In this document: positions 1 to 9,826 of the stretch, in pieces
Layout of the letters: every line of letters begins with the position of its first letter
Numbering within the stretch: the stretch's first letter is position 1
DNA from: Marmoricola sp.
GTDB taxonomy: Bacteria; Actinomycetota; Actinomycetes; Propionibacteriales; Nocardioidaceae
Length of the DNA: 64,000 nucleotides
Assembly: GCA_044227235.1 (NCBI GenBank)
Contig: JBGAFN010000013.1
Span: 82,800 to 146,799, forward strand
Direction: 5' to 3'
Notes under the pieces: generated by a model
What the model saw: only the letters and a program-made list of their open reading frames with translations
Databases searched by the model: none
Told to the model about the DNA's origin: nothing
Made by a program: the position numbers and the translations under genes

Positions 1-443
1 AAGTGGATGCCGACCACCCGGCCGGGGTGGGCCGTCGAGGTCGAGATCTCGGTGACCGACAGGGACGAGGTGTTGGTCGCGATGATCGCGTCGGCCGACA
101 CCAGCCCGTCGACCTCGCGGATCACCGCCTGCTTGACCTCGAGCTTCTCCACGACGGCCTCGACGACGAGCTGGCAGTCCTTGAGGGCGGCCAGGTCGGT
201 GGTCAGCTCGATCCGCCCGACCAGCTCGGCCTGCTCCTGCTCGGTCAGCTTGCCGCGCGCGACCGCCCGGGCCGTGGAGTTGGTGATGTGCTGGCGCCCG
301 CGCTCCAGGGTCTCGTCGGTCTGCTCGACCCCCACCACGGCGTACCCGTTGCGGGAGAAGATCTCGGCGATGCCGGCACCCATGGTGCCCAGGCCGACGA
401 CGCCGACGGTGGTGAACTCACGAGGGGTGTGCGCGCTGGTCAT
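1..443 (-). CDS. 3-hydroxyacyl-CoA dehydrogenase, N-terminal NAD-binding part (3' end runs off the window)
   Basis: My translation of the reverse strand from ATG at 443 gives MTSAHTPREFTTVGVVGLGTMGAGIAEIF...IIATNTSSLSVTEI...GRVVGIHF, open to position 1. It has a GxGxMGxG Rossmann motif and an NTSSL motif. It is absent from the ORF track because no stop lies in the window. Confidence 0.8.
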   Translation of the reverse strand, partial: MTSAHTPREFTTVGVVGLGTMGAGIAEIFSRNGYAVVGVEQTDETLERGRQHITNSTARAVARGKLTEQEQAELVGRIELTTDLAALKDCQLVVEAVVEKLEVKQAVIREVDGLVSADAIIATNTSSLSVTEISTSTAHPGRVVGIH

Positions 444-527
444 GCACCGCATGATGGCACGCGCCACGCTGCACCCGCGTAGCGGTCACACCCCGTCCAC
501 ACCTCGACCTCCGGTGGGCGGAGGTCG

Positions 528-1733
528 TCAGCTGTAGTCGTGGAAGCCGCGCTTGGTCTTGCGGCCCAGGTGTCCCTCGGCGACCTTCTGCTCCAGGGTG
601 GCGGCCGGCGCGAGGCCGGGCTCGCCGAACTCGCGGTGCAGCTCCTGCTGGATGGCCAGCGAGACGTCGTTGCCGACCACGTCGAGCAGCTCGAAGGGAC
701 CCATCGGGAACTTCGCCGAGGCCTTGATCTCGGCGTCGATGTCGGTCAGGGCGACGCCCGACTCCGACAGCGTCACCGCGTCGTTGAGGTAGGGGAAGAG
801 CAGCGCGTTGACGATGAAGCCGGCCCGGTCCCCGCACGAGACGGCGACCTTGCCGACCCGGGCACACAGGGCCTTCGTGGTCTCGTCGACCTCGGGCGCG
901 GTGTGCTCGGTGGTGACGACCTCCACCAGCCGCATCACGGGGGCGGGGTTGAAGAAGTGCATGCCGATCACCGACGCGGGCCGGTTCGTGGTCTTGGCCA
1001 GCTCGGTGATGGGCAGCGAGGAGGTGGTGGTGGCCAGGATCGCGCCCGGCTTGCAGATCCGGTCCAGGTCGGCGAAGAGCTGGTGCTTGAGCGCGAGGTC
1101 CTCCGCGATCGCCTCGACGACGAGGTCCACGTCGGCCAGTGCCTCGCGCTCCGTGGCGCCGGTCAGCCGGCCCAGCACCTCGGCCTTGGTGGCCTCGTCC
1201 AGCTTGCCCTTGGAGATCGCGCGGTCCAGCGAGCGCTCGATCGCCGTGCGCACGCCCGCGACCTTGTCCTCGCCGCGCCCGACGAAGACCACGTCGTAGC
1301 CCGCCTTGGCGAAGACCTCGACGATGCCCGAGGCCATCGTGCCGGTGCCGACCACGCCGACGGTGCGGATGTCGTGGCGCAGCTGCGGGGCGTCGTCGGC
1401 CGACGGGGTCTCCTCGTCGGCGACCACGGCGCCGTCGGCGTAGGTGTAGAAGCCGCGACCCGCGGCGGCGCCGGTGCGGCCCGCGGCGACCAGGGTGTCG
1501 AGCAGGTCGGCCGGCTGGTGCAGCCGGTCGCCGGTCTCGGCGTACCGGGCCGCCAGGGCGTCGCGGACGACGTCCAGGCCGAGCTGGTCGAGGACCGACA
1601 GCGGTCCGGCCGGGTAGCCGCAGCCGAAGCGCATCGCCGCGTCGATGTCGTCCCGGGTGGCGTACCCCGCCTCGTACATCCGCACGGCGTGGTTGAGGTA
1701 GGGCAGGACCAGCAGGTCGTGGATCTCAGACAT
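528..1733 (-). CDS. 3-hydroxybutyryl/3-hydroxyacyl-CoA dehydrogenase with an extra C-terminal-type domain at its N-terminus
   Basis: 401-aa ORF. Residues ~125-400 form a complete HAD (VGVVGTGTMASG Rossmann, TTTSSLPITE, GFIVNALLFPYLNDAV). Residues 1-~100 (LLVLPYLNHAVRMYEAGYATRDDIDAAMRFGCGYPAGPL) resemble a second 3HCDH C-terminal domain. Confidence 0.85.
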   Translation of the reverse strand: MSEIHDLLVLPYLNHAVRMYEAGYATRDDIDAAMRFGCGYPAGPLSVLDQLGLDVVRDALAARYAETGDRLHQPADLLDTLVAAGRTGAAAGRGFYTYADGAVVADEETPSADDAPQLRHDIRTVGVVGTGTMASGIVEVFAKAGYDVVFVGRGEDKVAGVRTAIERSLDRAISKGKLDEATKAEVLGRLTGATEREALADVDLVVEAIAEDLALKHQLFADLDRICKPGAILATTTSSLPITELAKTTNRPASVIGMHFFNPAPVMRLVEVVTTEHTAPEVDETTKALCARVGKVAVSCGDRAGFIVNALLFPYLNDAVTLSESGVALTDIDAEIKASAKFPMGPFELLDVVGNDVSLAIQQELHREFGEPGLAPAATLEQKVAEGHLGRKTKRGFHDYS

Positions 1734-1871
1734 GCGGACGATGGTGACACAGCGCTACCGACCGGTAACAGGCCTCTGACCTGGGGTTTCGTTGTGAGAC
1801 TGACCACGCGCGGCGCCCCTTGACGGGGGCGCCCGGCTGCGCCTCGGTGACCCGGCGGCTAGATTGCCGCG

Positions 1872-2564
1872 GTGAGACTCGTGATCGCCACCTGCCAGAT
1901 CGACTACGCGGGGCGCCTGACCGCGCACCTGCCGAAGGCCACCCGGCTGATCATGGTCAAGAACGACGGCTCGGTCCTCGTGCACTCCGACGGCGGCTCG
2001 TACAAGCCGCTCAACTGGATGTCGCCCCCGGCCCGGCTCCGCGAGGGGCTCTCGGAGGACGGCGTCCCGGAGTGGGTCGTGCACGGCAAGGACGGCCCAG
2101 ACGGGGACACCCTGCGCATCCTGCTCCACGAGATCCACAGCGACACCACCCACGACCTCGGGATCGACCCCGGCCTGCAGAAGGACGGCGTGGAGAAGCA
2201 CCTCCAGGAGCTGCTCGCCGAGCACCCCGGCACGCTGGCCGACGGCCTGAGCCTGGTCCGGCGCGAGTTCCCGACGGCGATCGGCCCGGTCGACCTGATG
2301 TGCCGCGACGCCGAGGGAGCCTCGGTGGCCGTGGAGATCAAGCGCCGCGGCGACATCGACGGGGTGGAGCAGCTGACCCGCTACCTCGAGCTGCTCAACC
2401 GCGACCCCGCCCTGGTGCGGCGCGGTCCGGTCCGCGGGATCTTCGCCGCGCAGGAGATCAAGCCGCAGGCCCGGGTGCTCGCCACGGACCGGGGCATCGC
2501 CTGCGCCGTGGTCGACTACGACGCGCTGCGCGGCATGGACGACCCGACCGACCGGCTGTTCTGA
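1872..2564 (+). CDS. nucS: Endonuclease NucS (EndoMS), non-canonical mismatch repair nuclease
   Basis: 230-aa ORF with GTG start. [21 protein letters not shown]...PLNWM...[23 protein letters not shown] is typical of actinobacterial NucS. Confidence 0.9.
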   Translation: MRLVIATCQIDYAGRLTAHLPKATRLIMVKNDGSVLVHSDGGSYKPLNWMSPPARLREGLSEDGVPEWVVHGKDGPDGDTLRILLHEIHSDTTHDLGIDPGLQKDGVEKHLQELLAEHPGTLADGLSLVRREFPTAIGPVDLMCRDAEGASVAVEIKRRGDIDGVEQLTRYLELLNRDPALVRRGPVRGIFAAQEIKPQARVLATDRGIACAVVDYDALRGMDDPTDRLF

Positions 2565-2573
2565 GGTCGTCCG

Positions 2574-2882
2574 ATGCCGATCCACCACCTCGCCCTCCCC
2601 GACGACTGGGCCGCCGCACAGCGCTCCGGCGACTACCGGGTCTCGACCCGGGGCGTCACGCTCGCCGACGAGGGCTTCATCCACTGCTCCGACCCCGACC
2701 AGGTCGAGGACGTCCGGTCGCGCTTCTACGCCGACGTGACGGACCTGCTGCTGCTCACCATCGACACCGACCGGCTCACCTCCCCCTGGCGGTACGACGA
2801 CGTGCCGGGATCGCCGCGACCGTTCCCGCACGTGTACGGGCCGATCGACCTCGCCGCCGTGGTCGAGGTGCGCCGGCTGTGA
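2574..2882 (+). CDS. DUF952 family protein
   Basis: 102-aa ORF. The motifs GFIHCS...LLLLTID...PFPHVYGPI are characteristic of DUF952. Confidence 0.75.
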   Translation: MPIHHLALPDDWAAAQRSGDYRVSTRGVTLADEGFIHCSDPDQVEDVRSRFYADVTDLLLLTIDTDRLTSPWRYDDVPGSPRPFPHVYGPIDLAAVVEVRRL

Positions 2883-2892
2883 GGCCGTCCGG

Positions 2893-4131
2893 GTGAGGCT
2901 CGCGCTCCCCGCCGTGCTGCGCGAGGAGCCGCAGTACCGCCTGCTCTTCGCCAGCCAGGTCCTCTCCGTCATCGGGGACCGGGTCAGCGGGGTGGTGCTC
3001 CCCTTCGCGGTGCTGGGCGTGGGCGGGTCGGTGACCGACGTCGCGCTGGTCTCGGCCGCCCAGTTCGTGCCCTACCTGGTGCTCTCGCTGCCGGCCGGGG
3101 TGTGGGCCGACCGGTGGGACCGCAAGCGGATCCTGGTGGTCTCGGACCTGGTCCGGCTGGTCTGCCAGCTCACCGCCGGCCTGCTGCTGGTCGCCGGCGC
3201 CGCGGACGTCGCCCACCTGCTCGTGCTGGCGGCGGTCTTCGGCGCGGCGGACGCGTTCTTCGCCCCCGCGTTCACCGGCCTGCTGCCCGGCACGGTGAGC
3301 CCGCTCAACCTGCAGCCGGCCAACGCGCTGCGCGGGCTGACCTTCTCGACCGCGTCGGTGGTCGGACCGCTGCTCGCCGGGGTCCTCGTCGCCGTCGGCG
3401 GGCCGGGGACCGCGATCCTCGCCGACGCCGCGACCTTCGCGGTCTCGGTCGCCCTGCTGCTCCCGCTCCGGCCGCGGCTGGTGGCCTCCGTGCTGGCCGA
3501 GGAGGACCCGACGGCGACGACCGACCACTTCCTGACCAGCCTGCGCCAGGGCTGGGCCGAGGTCCGCTCGCGTCCCTGGGTGCTGGCCTTCCTCGGCGGC
3601 CTCACGTCGTACCACGTGATCGTGCTGCCGGCGATCTTCGTGCTCGGCCCGGTGCTGGCCACCACCGACTACGGCGGCGCCCGCTCCTGGGCGGTGGTCA
3701 GCACCGGCTTCGGCGTCGGCGCCGTGCTCGGCGACCTGCTGCTGGTGCGGTGGCGGCCACCCCACGCGATGCGCGTCGCTGGCCTGATGCTGGTCGGCGC
3801 CTCGTGCCAGGCCGCGGTGATCGGGTCAGGCTGGTCGATCCCGGTCATCGCGGGGCTGGAGCTGCTCACCGGCATCTGCGTGACGGGCTGCTTCACGCTG
3901 TGGGAGACCTCCCTGGCCGAGCACGTGCCGCAGTCCTCGCTGTCGCGGGTGTCGAGCTACGACTACCTGGCGAGCACCGGCACCATCCCGCTGGGCAACC
4001 TGCTGGCCGGCACGGCGGCCGCGGCGTACGGCGTCCACGGCACGCTCGTCGCGATGAGCGTGCTCGGCGTCGGCGCGGCCTTGCTGGTCGCCGCGAACCC
4101 GTCGCTGCGCGCGCTCCCCCGGGGGGCGTAG
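2893..4131 (+). CDS. MFS transporter (EntS/MFS_3-like)
   Basis: 412-aa ORF with about 12 hydrophobic segments. The WADRWDRKRILVVSDLVR loop is typical of this MFS subfamily. Confidence 0.8.
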   Translation: MRLALPAVLREEPQYRLLFASQVLSVIGDRVSGVVLPFAVLGVGGSVTDVALVSAAQFVPYLVLSLPAGVWADRWDRKRILVVSDLVRLVCQLTAGLLLVAGAADVAHLLVLAAVFGAADAFFAPAFTGLLPGTVSPLNLQPANALRGLTFSTASVVGPLLAGVLVAVGGPGTAILADAATFAVSVALLLPLRPRLVASVLAEEDPTATTDHFLTSLRQGWAEVRSRPWVLAFLGGLTSYHVIVLPAIFVLGPVLATTDYGGARSWAVVSTGFGVGAVLGDLLLVRWRPPHAMRVAGLMLVGASCQAAVIGSGWSIPVIAGLELLTGICVTGCFTLWETSLAEHVPQSSLSRVSSYDYLASTGTIPLGNLLAGTAAAAYGVHGTLVAMSVLGVGAALLVAANPSLRALPRGA

Positions 4132-4319
4132 GCCCCGGCGAGCTCGTGGATCTGGGGCTTGCCGGACCTGCTGGATCCGCCGGACCACGTCGACGAGCGG
4201 TCGGAAGTGTCGGCAGCACGACACCGGCGGGGTCGTCGGGCCGACGGTCCCGCGGGGCGGTTCGCACGACTGTTGTCCTACGCAGCCGGCCACCCTGGCC
4301 CCGACCGAAGGACACCGAG

Positions 4320-4787
4320 ATGACCAAGCTCAACCGCTCCGCCAAGGCCCTCCTCACCCTGGCCACCGCCACCGCAGCCGTGGCCGGCACCACCGGGGTC
4401 GCCCAGGCGCAGACCACCTCGCAGGACAGCTACTACTACTACGGCTCCGGCACCGCCGGGGACTGCACGCTGACCGCCGCCCTGGACAAGGCGACGCTCT
4501 TCTCCTGGAAGGTCTTCGGCTCCGGCAACGTCTCGTGCAGCCTGCGTCACTCCAGCACCCAGGTGACCACGACCCTGAAGGCGTCCAACGGCACCTCGAG
4601 CTGGAACGTCGCGACCGCCGCGACAACCTTCACCAACTCGTTCGGCACCGGCAGCCGGTGGCTGCAGACCAGCACCACCGCCTTCAGCTGCAACCCGGCG
4701 CTGTACTACCAGGTCGTGGTCAGCTCGACCATCAGCGGGCTGGGCTCGTACTACGTCACGACCGGCTCGCCGAAGAAGGTCTGCTGA
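4320..4787 (+). CDS. Small secreted Ser/Thr/Tyr-rich protein with signal peptide, unknown function
   Basis: ATG at 4320 lies in frame inside track ORF 3102..4787. MTKLNRSAKALLTLATATAAVAGTTGVAQA is a Sec signal peptide. The mature ~125 aa has 4 internal Cys plus a C-terminal Cys and a YYYY run. GC3 codon bias is consistent with coding. Confidence 0.65.
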   Translation: MTKLNRSAKALLTLATATAAVAGTTGVAQAQTTSQDSYYYYGSGTAGDCTLTAALDKATLFSWKVFGSGNVSCSLRHSSTQVTTTLKASNGTSSWNVATAATTFTNSFGTGSRWLQTSTTAFSCNPALYYQVVVSSTISGLGSYYVTTGSPKKVC

Positions 4788-4801
4788 ACCAGCCGCGGGG
4801 G

Positions 4802-5722
4802 TCAGGCGCCGGCGAGGTCAGCCACCTCGTCGGCGCACCCCCACGACAGCGTGACCCCGGCCCCGCCGTGCCCGTAGCAGTGCACCACCCGGGTCCCGGT
4901 GGGCGTCGTGCCGGCATCGAGCCGGACGGTGGGACGGGCCGGACGCAGCCCGACCCGGACGCCGAGGACCTCGGCCCTCGCCAGCTCGGGCACCAGCGCC
5001 CGGGCCCGCGCCAGCACCGACGCGGTCACCTCCGCCGACGGGGTGCGGTCCCAGACGCCCTCCTCGTCGGTGCCGCCCACGACGATGTCGTGGCTGCGCG
5101 GCACGACGTACGTCGGACCGGCGGAGTCGAGCCACCACCGCTCCAGGCCGACCTGGGCGAGCCGGACCACCTGGCCGCGCACCGGCAGCACGCTCGGGTC
5201 GGAGCCGAGCAGCCGGGCGCCCAGCCCCGCCGCGTCGACCACGACCTCGGCCTGGTCGGGCAGCCCGGACAGGGCCATCCGGGTCAGCGTCCCGCCCAGG
5301 GCCTCGACCCGCTGCACCAGCCACGGCAGGTAGACCGGCATTTCCACCACGGGAGCCTCGAAGGTCCAGCCGGCCAGGTACGGCGCGGGGACCTCTCCGG
5401 TGCGCGTCAGCCCGGGCACCGCCGAGGCCCACCAGGGATCGGGGGCCGGGGAGCCCAGCACCTCGGTGCCCTGCCGGAGCACGACCCCGGTCCGCTCGTC
5501 GGCCGCGAGCTTCGCCAGCTCGCCGTACGTCGTGGAGGCCCAGCCCGTGACCCTCTCGAAGGGGTAGGCCCGGTAGGGGTACCAGAGGGCGGCCGCCACC
5601 GAGGACGTCGTCTCCAGGGGCAGGTCGCGGGCGACCACCGAGACGGCGTGGCCACGCTCGAGCAGGCGCACCGCGCAGCTCAGCCCGACGACCCCCGCCC
5701 CGACCACGACCACCCGCGCCAT
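4802..5722 (-). CDS. FAD-dependent D-amino-acid oxidase family protein
   Basis: 306-aa ORF. N-terminal VVVGAGVVGLSCA dinucleotide fold and C-terminal HCYGHGGAGVTLSWGCA DAO signature. Confidence 0.85.
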   Translation of the reverse strand: MARVVVVGAGVVGLSCAVRLLERGHAVSVVARDLPLETTSSVAAALWYPYRAYPFERVTGWASTTYGELAKLAADERTGVVLRQGTEVLGSPAPDPWWASAVPGLTRTGEVPAPYLAGWTFEAPVVEMPVYLPWLVQRVEALGGTLTRMALSGLPDQAEVVVDAAGLGARLLGSDPSVLPVRGQVVRLAQVGLERWWLDSAGPTYVVPRSHDIVVGGTDEEGVWDRTPSAEVTASVLARARALVPELARAEVLGVRVGLRPARPTVRLDAGTTPTGTRVVHCYGHGGAGVTLSWGCADEVADLAGA

Positions 5723-5761
5723 GGCCCGAGTCTGCCAGCGCGCGGCCGGCCGCGGGAGGGA

Positions 5762-7768
5762 TCAGTCCAGCCCGTTGGCCCGGCGGATCTCCGCGACGAT
5801 GCCGGCCATGATCTCGGTCAGGCCGAAGTCCTTGGGGGTGAAGACGGCGGCGACGCCGAGCTCCTTCAGCTTCTCGCCGTCGGAGGTCGGGATGATGCCG
5901 CCGACGATCACCGGCACGTCGGTCAGACCGGCCTCGCGCAGCCCGTCCAGGACCGCCGGCACGAGCTCCATGTGGGAGCCGGACAGGATCGAGAGGCCCA
6001 CGCAGTGCACGTCCTCGGCCACGGCCGCGGCGACGATCTGCTCGGGGGTCAGCCGGATGCCCTGGTAGATGACCTCGAAGCCGGCGTCCCGGGCGCGTAC
6101 GGCGACCTGCTCGGCGCCGTTGGAGTGACCGTCCAGGCCGGGCTTGCCGACGAGCAGGCGCAGCCGGCCGCCGAGCTCCTCACCGGTGCGGCGGACCTCC
6201 TCGCGGACCGCGGTGAGCTCCGCTCCGGCCTCGACGACCCCGACGGCACCGGCCACCCCGGTGGGGGCGCGGTACTCGCCGAAGACCTGCCGCAGGGTCC
6301 CGGCCCACTCACCCGTGGTGGCCCCGGCGCGGGCCGCGGCCAGGGTGGCGTCCATCAGGTTGACGCCGCTCTTGGCGTCCTCGGTCAGCCGGGCCAGCGC
6401 GGCGTCGACGGACGCCTGGTCGCGCTCGGCCTTCCAGGCCGCCACGCTGTCCAGCGCGGCGCGCTCGGCCGCGGGGTCGGCGGTCTGGATGGCGGCGTCG
6501 AGGTCCGCGGTCAGCGGGGAGACCTCGGTGGTCTCGAACCGGTTGACCCCGACCACGATCTCCTCGCCCGCCTCGATCCGGGCCCGGCGGGCGGCGTGGC
6601 TGGAGACCAGCGCCTGCTTCATGTAGCCGGACTCGACCGCGGCGATCGCGCCGCCCATCGCCTGGACCCGGTCGATCTCGGCCTTCGCGGAGGCGACCAG
6701 GTCGGCGACCTTCTGCTCGACCACGTGGCTGCCGTCGAAGATGTCGCCGTACTCGAGGAGGTCGGACTCGAACGCGAGCACCTGCTGGAGCCGCAGCGAC
6801 CACTGCTGGTCCCAGGGGCGCGGCAGACCGAGGGCCTCGTTCCACGCGGGCAGCTGGACGGCGCGGGCGCGCGCGTTCTTGGACAGCGTCACGCCGAGCA
6901 TCTCCAGGACGATGCGCTGCACGTTGTTCTCCGGCTGGGCCTCGGTCAGGCCGAGGGAGTTGACCTGCACGCCGTACCGGAAGCGGCGCATCTTCTCGTC
7001 GGTGACGCCGTACCGCTCGCGGGTGATCTCGTCCCAGAGCTCGACGAACGCGCGCATCTTGCACATCTCCTCGACGAACCGCACACCCGCGTTGACGAAG
7101 AACGAGATCCGCCCGACCACCTTGCCCATCTCCTCGGGCGCGACCTGGCCCGAGTCGCGCACCGAGTCGAGCACGGCCATCGCCGTGCACAGCGCGTAGG
7201 CGAGCTCCTGGGTGGTGGTCGCCCCGGCCTCCTGCAGGTGGTAGCTGCAGATGTTGATGGGGTTCCACTTGGGGATGTGGTTGACCGTGTAGGCGATCGT
7301 GTCGGTCGTCAGGCGCAGCGAGTGCTCCGGCGGGAACACGTAGGTGCCGCGCGAGAGGTACTCCTTGACGATGTCGTTCTGGGTCGTGCCGGCCAGCTGC
7401 GCGTGCACCTGCTCGGGGTCGAGGTCGGGGTTCTGCTCCTCAGCCACGACCTGGTAGAGCGCGAGCAGCCACATCGCCGGCGCGTTGATGGTCATGGAGG
7501 TGTTCATCCCGGTCAGCGGGATGTCGGCGAAGAGCTTGCGCATCTCCCCCAGGTGCGGCACCGGCACGCCGACCTTGCCGACCTCACCGCGCGACAGCGG
7601 GGAGTCCGGGTCGTAGCCGGTCTGGGTGGGGAGGTCGAAGGCGACCGAGAGGCCGGTCTGGCCCTTGGCCAGGTTCGTCCGGTACAGCTTGTTGGACTCC
7701 ACCGCCGAGCTGTGACCCGCGTAGGTCCGCATCACCCAGGGCTTGTCACGCTGTGCCATCTCAGTCAT
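5762..7768 (-). CDS. meaA: B12-dependent acyl-CoA mutase, fused large subunit + cobalamin-binding domain (MeaA / ethylmalonyl-CoA mutase-like)
   Basis: 668-aa ORF. KPWVMRTYAGHSSAVESNKLYRTNLAKGQTGLSVAFDLPTQTGYD is typical of MeaA/Ecm. The C-terminal GKPGLDGHSNGAEQV...ILSGSH is a B12-binding domain. Confidence 0.85.
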   Translation of the reverse strand: MTEMAQRDKPWVMRTYAGHSSAVESNKLYRTNLAKGQTGLSVAFDLPTQTGYDPDSPLSRGEVGKVGVPVPHLGEMRKLFADIPLTGMNTSMTINAPAMWLLALYQVVAEEQNPDLDPEQVHAQLAGTTQNDIVKEYLSRGTYVFPPEHSLRLTTDTIAYTVNHIPKWNPINICSYHLQEAGATTTQELAYALCTAMAVLDSVRDSGQVAPEEMGKVVGRISFFVNAGVRFVEEMCKMRAFVELWDEITRERYGVTDEKMRRFRYGVQVNSLGLTEAQPENNVQRIVLEMLGVTLSKNARARAVQLPAWNEALGLPRPWDQQWSLRLQQVLAFESDLLEYGDIFDGSHVVEQKVADLVASAKAEIDRVQAMGGAIAAVESGYMKQALVSSHAARRARIEAGEEIVVGVNRFETTEVSPLTADLDAAIQTADPAAERAALDSVAAWKAERDQASVDAALARLTEDAKSGVNLMDATLAAARAGATTGEWAGTLRQVFGEYRAPTGVAGAVGVVEAGAELTAVREEVRRTGEELGGRLRLLVGKPGLDGHSNGAEQVAVRARDAGFEVIYQGIRLTPEQIVAAAVAEDVHCVGLSILSGSHMELVPAVLDGLREAGLTDVPVIVGGIIPTSDGEKLKELGVAAVFTPKDFGLTEIMAGIVAEIRRANGLD

Positions 7769-7832
7769 GCGCGTGACGATACGACGGCCGGTGACTCGCG
7801 GGTAACTCCTTGTGAACTGTTCCTCATGCCAA

Positions 7833-8219
7833 CTAGGTCACAGGGGGCCGTTCGAGGGTGAAGAGCCGGCGCCAGGAGCCGGCGGCGATGAGCCGGCGCA
7901 GCGAGGGCGAGCAGCCCCGCAGCACCACGTGCCGCCCGGCGCGCTCGACCCGGTACGCGGCGGCGCCGAGGAGCTTGAGGGCGGTCACGTCGATCGACTC
8001 CACCGCGGAGAGGTCGACGACCACGTCGCAGTCGGGGTGGTCGTGGATATGGGCGTACAGCCGGTCGCGGACCGCGGCCGAGGAGCGCCCGTCCAGGTGA
8101 CCGGACAGCGCGAGCACGTCGTCGGTCCAGTCGTCGGCCCGGTCGTCGGTGACGCTCACGCGAACCCCCGTTCGGCGGTGGGCCGCTGGTCGGCCCTCAC
8201 TCACTATGACGCACGCCAC
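7833..8219 (-). CDS. STAS-domain protein (anti-sigma-factor antagonist-like)
   Basis: 128-aa ORF. LSGHLDGRSSAAVRDRL...VVVDLSAVESIDVTALKLLGAA...RHVVLRGCSPSLRRL follows the SpoIIAA/STAS pattern. The true start may be the GTG at 8159. Confidence 0.7.
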   Translation of the reverse strand: MACVIVSEGRPAAHRRTGVRVSVTDDRADDWTDDVLALSGHLDGRSSAAVRDRLYAHIHDHPDCDVVVDLSAVESIDVTALKLLGAAAYRVERAGRHVVLRGCSPSLRRLIAAGSWRRLFTLERPPVT

Positions 8220-8304
8220 ACCGGTTCGGTTGCCTCATCGGGCGAGGAACCTCGTGTGTCGCACGGGACGGGTGTGACTCCGACTCAGGGTCGCCCCCGT
8301 TGAC

Positions 8305-9594
8305 TCAGTGGGGCTCGTCGGGCAGCGTCACCCGGGCGATCTCGACGCCGAGGCCCTGCAGCGTCTCGACGAACCCCGGGTAGCCCCGGTCGATGTGATA
8401 GCTGTCGGCGACCGTGGTGGTGCCCTCCGCGACCAGGCCGGCCAGCACCAGTGCGGCCCCCGCGCGGATGTCGTGGGCCACCACGGGCGCGCCCGAGAGC
8501 AGCGGCCGCCCGCGCACGATCGCGTGGTGGCCGTCGGTCCGGATCTCGGCGCCCAGCCGGGCGAGCTCCTGGACGAACATGAACCGTGCCTCGAAGACGT
8601 TCTCGGTGACCATCGCGGTGCCGTCGCTCACTGCGGCCAGCGCCATCGCGAACGGCTGCAGGTCGGTCGGGAAGCCCGGGTAGGGCAGCGTGACCACGTC
8701 GAAGGCGTCGAGCCGGCGCTCGACGCGCAGCGAGAACGCGTCGTCCCGCACGGTCACCGCTGCCCCCGCGGAGGCCAGCTTGTCCAGCACGATGTCGAGG
8801 TGGTGGGCCACCCCGCCGCGCACGGTGAGGTCGCCACCGGCCATCGCCACCGCGAAGGCCCAGGTGCCGGCCACGATCCGGTCCGTGACGGTGGCGTGCG
8901 TGACGGGGTGCAGCCGCTCCACGCCGCGCACGGTCAGCGTGCTCGACCCGATGCCGTCGATCTCAGCGCCCATCGACCGGAGCATCTCGCACAGGTCGAC
9001 GATCTCCGGCTCCCGGGCGACGTTGTCGATGACGGTCTCGCCCTCGGCCAGCGTCGCGGCCATCAGCAGGTTCTCCGTCGCTCCGACGCTCGGGAAGTCC
9101 AGCCACAGGGCATTGCCGCGCAGGCGGTCGGGCACCTCCGCGACGACGTACCCGTGCTCGATGCGGGTCCGGGCGCCCAGGTCCTGCAGCCCACGCAGGT
9201 GCATGTCGAGCCCCCGGGAGCCGATGTTGTCCCCGCCCGGCAGCGAGACCCGGGCCCGGCCGCAGCGGGCCACCAGGGGACCCAGCACGCTGATGCTGGC
9301 CCGCAGCCTGCGGACCAGGTGGTACGGCGCGTGGTGGCCGAGCTCCTCGGGGACGTCGATGACGGCAGTGCCGAGCGCCTTGTCGAGGGCGACGTCGCAG
9401 CCGAGCTCGCCGAGCAGCCGGGCCATCACGTCGACGTCGAGGATGTCGGGCACGTTGGTGACCGTGGTGCGGCCCGCGGCGAGCAGCGAGGCGGCCATCA
9501 GCTTCAGCGCGGAGTTCTTCGCCCCACCCACCGCGACCTCCCCCACCAGGGGCCGTTGCAGCCCTCCGGGAGAGGTGACCTCGAACGCCTCCAT
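8305..9594 (-). CDS. murA: UDP-N-acetylglucosamine 1-carboxyvinyltransferase
   Basis: Track ORF 8305..9690, trimmed to the internal ATG at 9594 ([13 protein letters not shown]...[17 protein letters not shown]). Full-length MurA homology. Confidence 0.9.
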   Translation of the reverse strand: MEAFEVTSPGGLQRPLVGEVAVGGAKNSALKLMAASLLAAGRTTVTNVPDILDVDVMARLLGELGCDVALDKALGTAVIDVPEELGHHAPYHLVRRLRASISVLGPLVARCGRARVSLPGGDNIGSRGLDMHLRGLQDLGARTRIEHGYVVAEVPDRLRGNALWLDFPSVGATENLLMAATLAEGETVIDNVAREPEIVDLCEMLRSMGAEIDGIGSSTLTVRGVERLHPVTHATVTDRIVAGTWAFAVAMAGGDLTVRGGVAHHLDIVLDKLASAGAAVTVRDDAFSLRVERRLDAFDVVTLPYPGFPTDLQPFAMALAAVSDGTAMVTENVFEARFMFVQELARLGAEIRTDGHHAIVRGRPLLSGAPVVAHDIRAGAALVLAGLVAEGTTTVADSYHIDRGYPGFVETLQGLGVEIARVTLPDEPH

Positions 9595-9826
9595 CAGGCC
9601 TCCTGCGCCTCGACCTGCTCCAGCCATCGCTCCAGCTCCGCCGGGGTCCGGAACCGGAGCACCCGTGGCGTCGCGGGACCAGCCTGCCATGCCACCAGGC
9701 GCCCGTGCTTGCGCCGGGATCCCCGTCGACCAGGATCCGGCGGGCGCCGTCCACCCGCGTGCTCATGTGACCCATCTCCCCCGTCCGACCGACCCCGGCA
9801 CGACACGCGGAACGTACGCTGAGCCG

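Noticed and set aside
1812-1833. 8-bp inverted repeat GGCGCCCC-N6-GGGGCGCC in the nucS/HAD divergent intergenic region
   Set aside because: It could be an operator, but a short GC-rich palindrome is expected by chance at this GC content. There is no second copy or known motif.
3102-4787. 561-aa ORF overlapping the MFS transporter gene
   Set aside because: The first ~400 codons are an out-of-frame read of the MFS gene region (Arg/Pro/Gly-rich). Only the terminal 155 codons from ATG 4320 look like a real gene.
4535-7861. 1108-aa ORF on the plus strand
   Set aside because: It lies antisense to the strongly homologous D-amino-acid oxidase and MeaA genes. The translation is Arg/Gly/Pro/Asp-rich low-complexity sequence, typical of stop-poor alternative frames in high-GC DNA.
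9595-9690. N-terminal extensions of track ORFs (murA to 9690, prfA to 24451, malic enzyme to 45867, sigH to 53495, alkB to 58318, tsaC to 22564, and others)
   Set aside because: The extensions are Arg/Pro/Gly-rich and lack homology, whereas internal ATG/GTG starts give N-termini matching the known families. The coordinates were trimmed, with some residual uncertainty.
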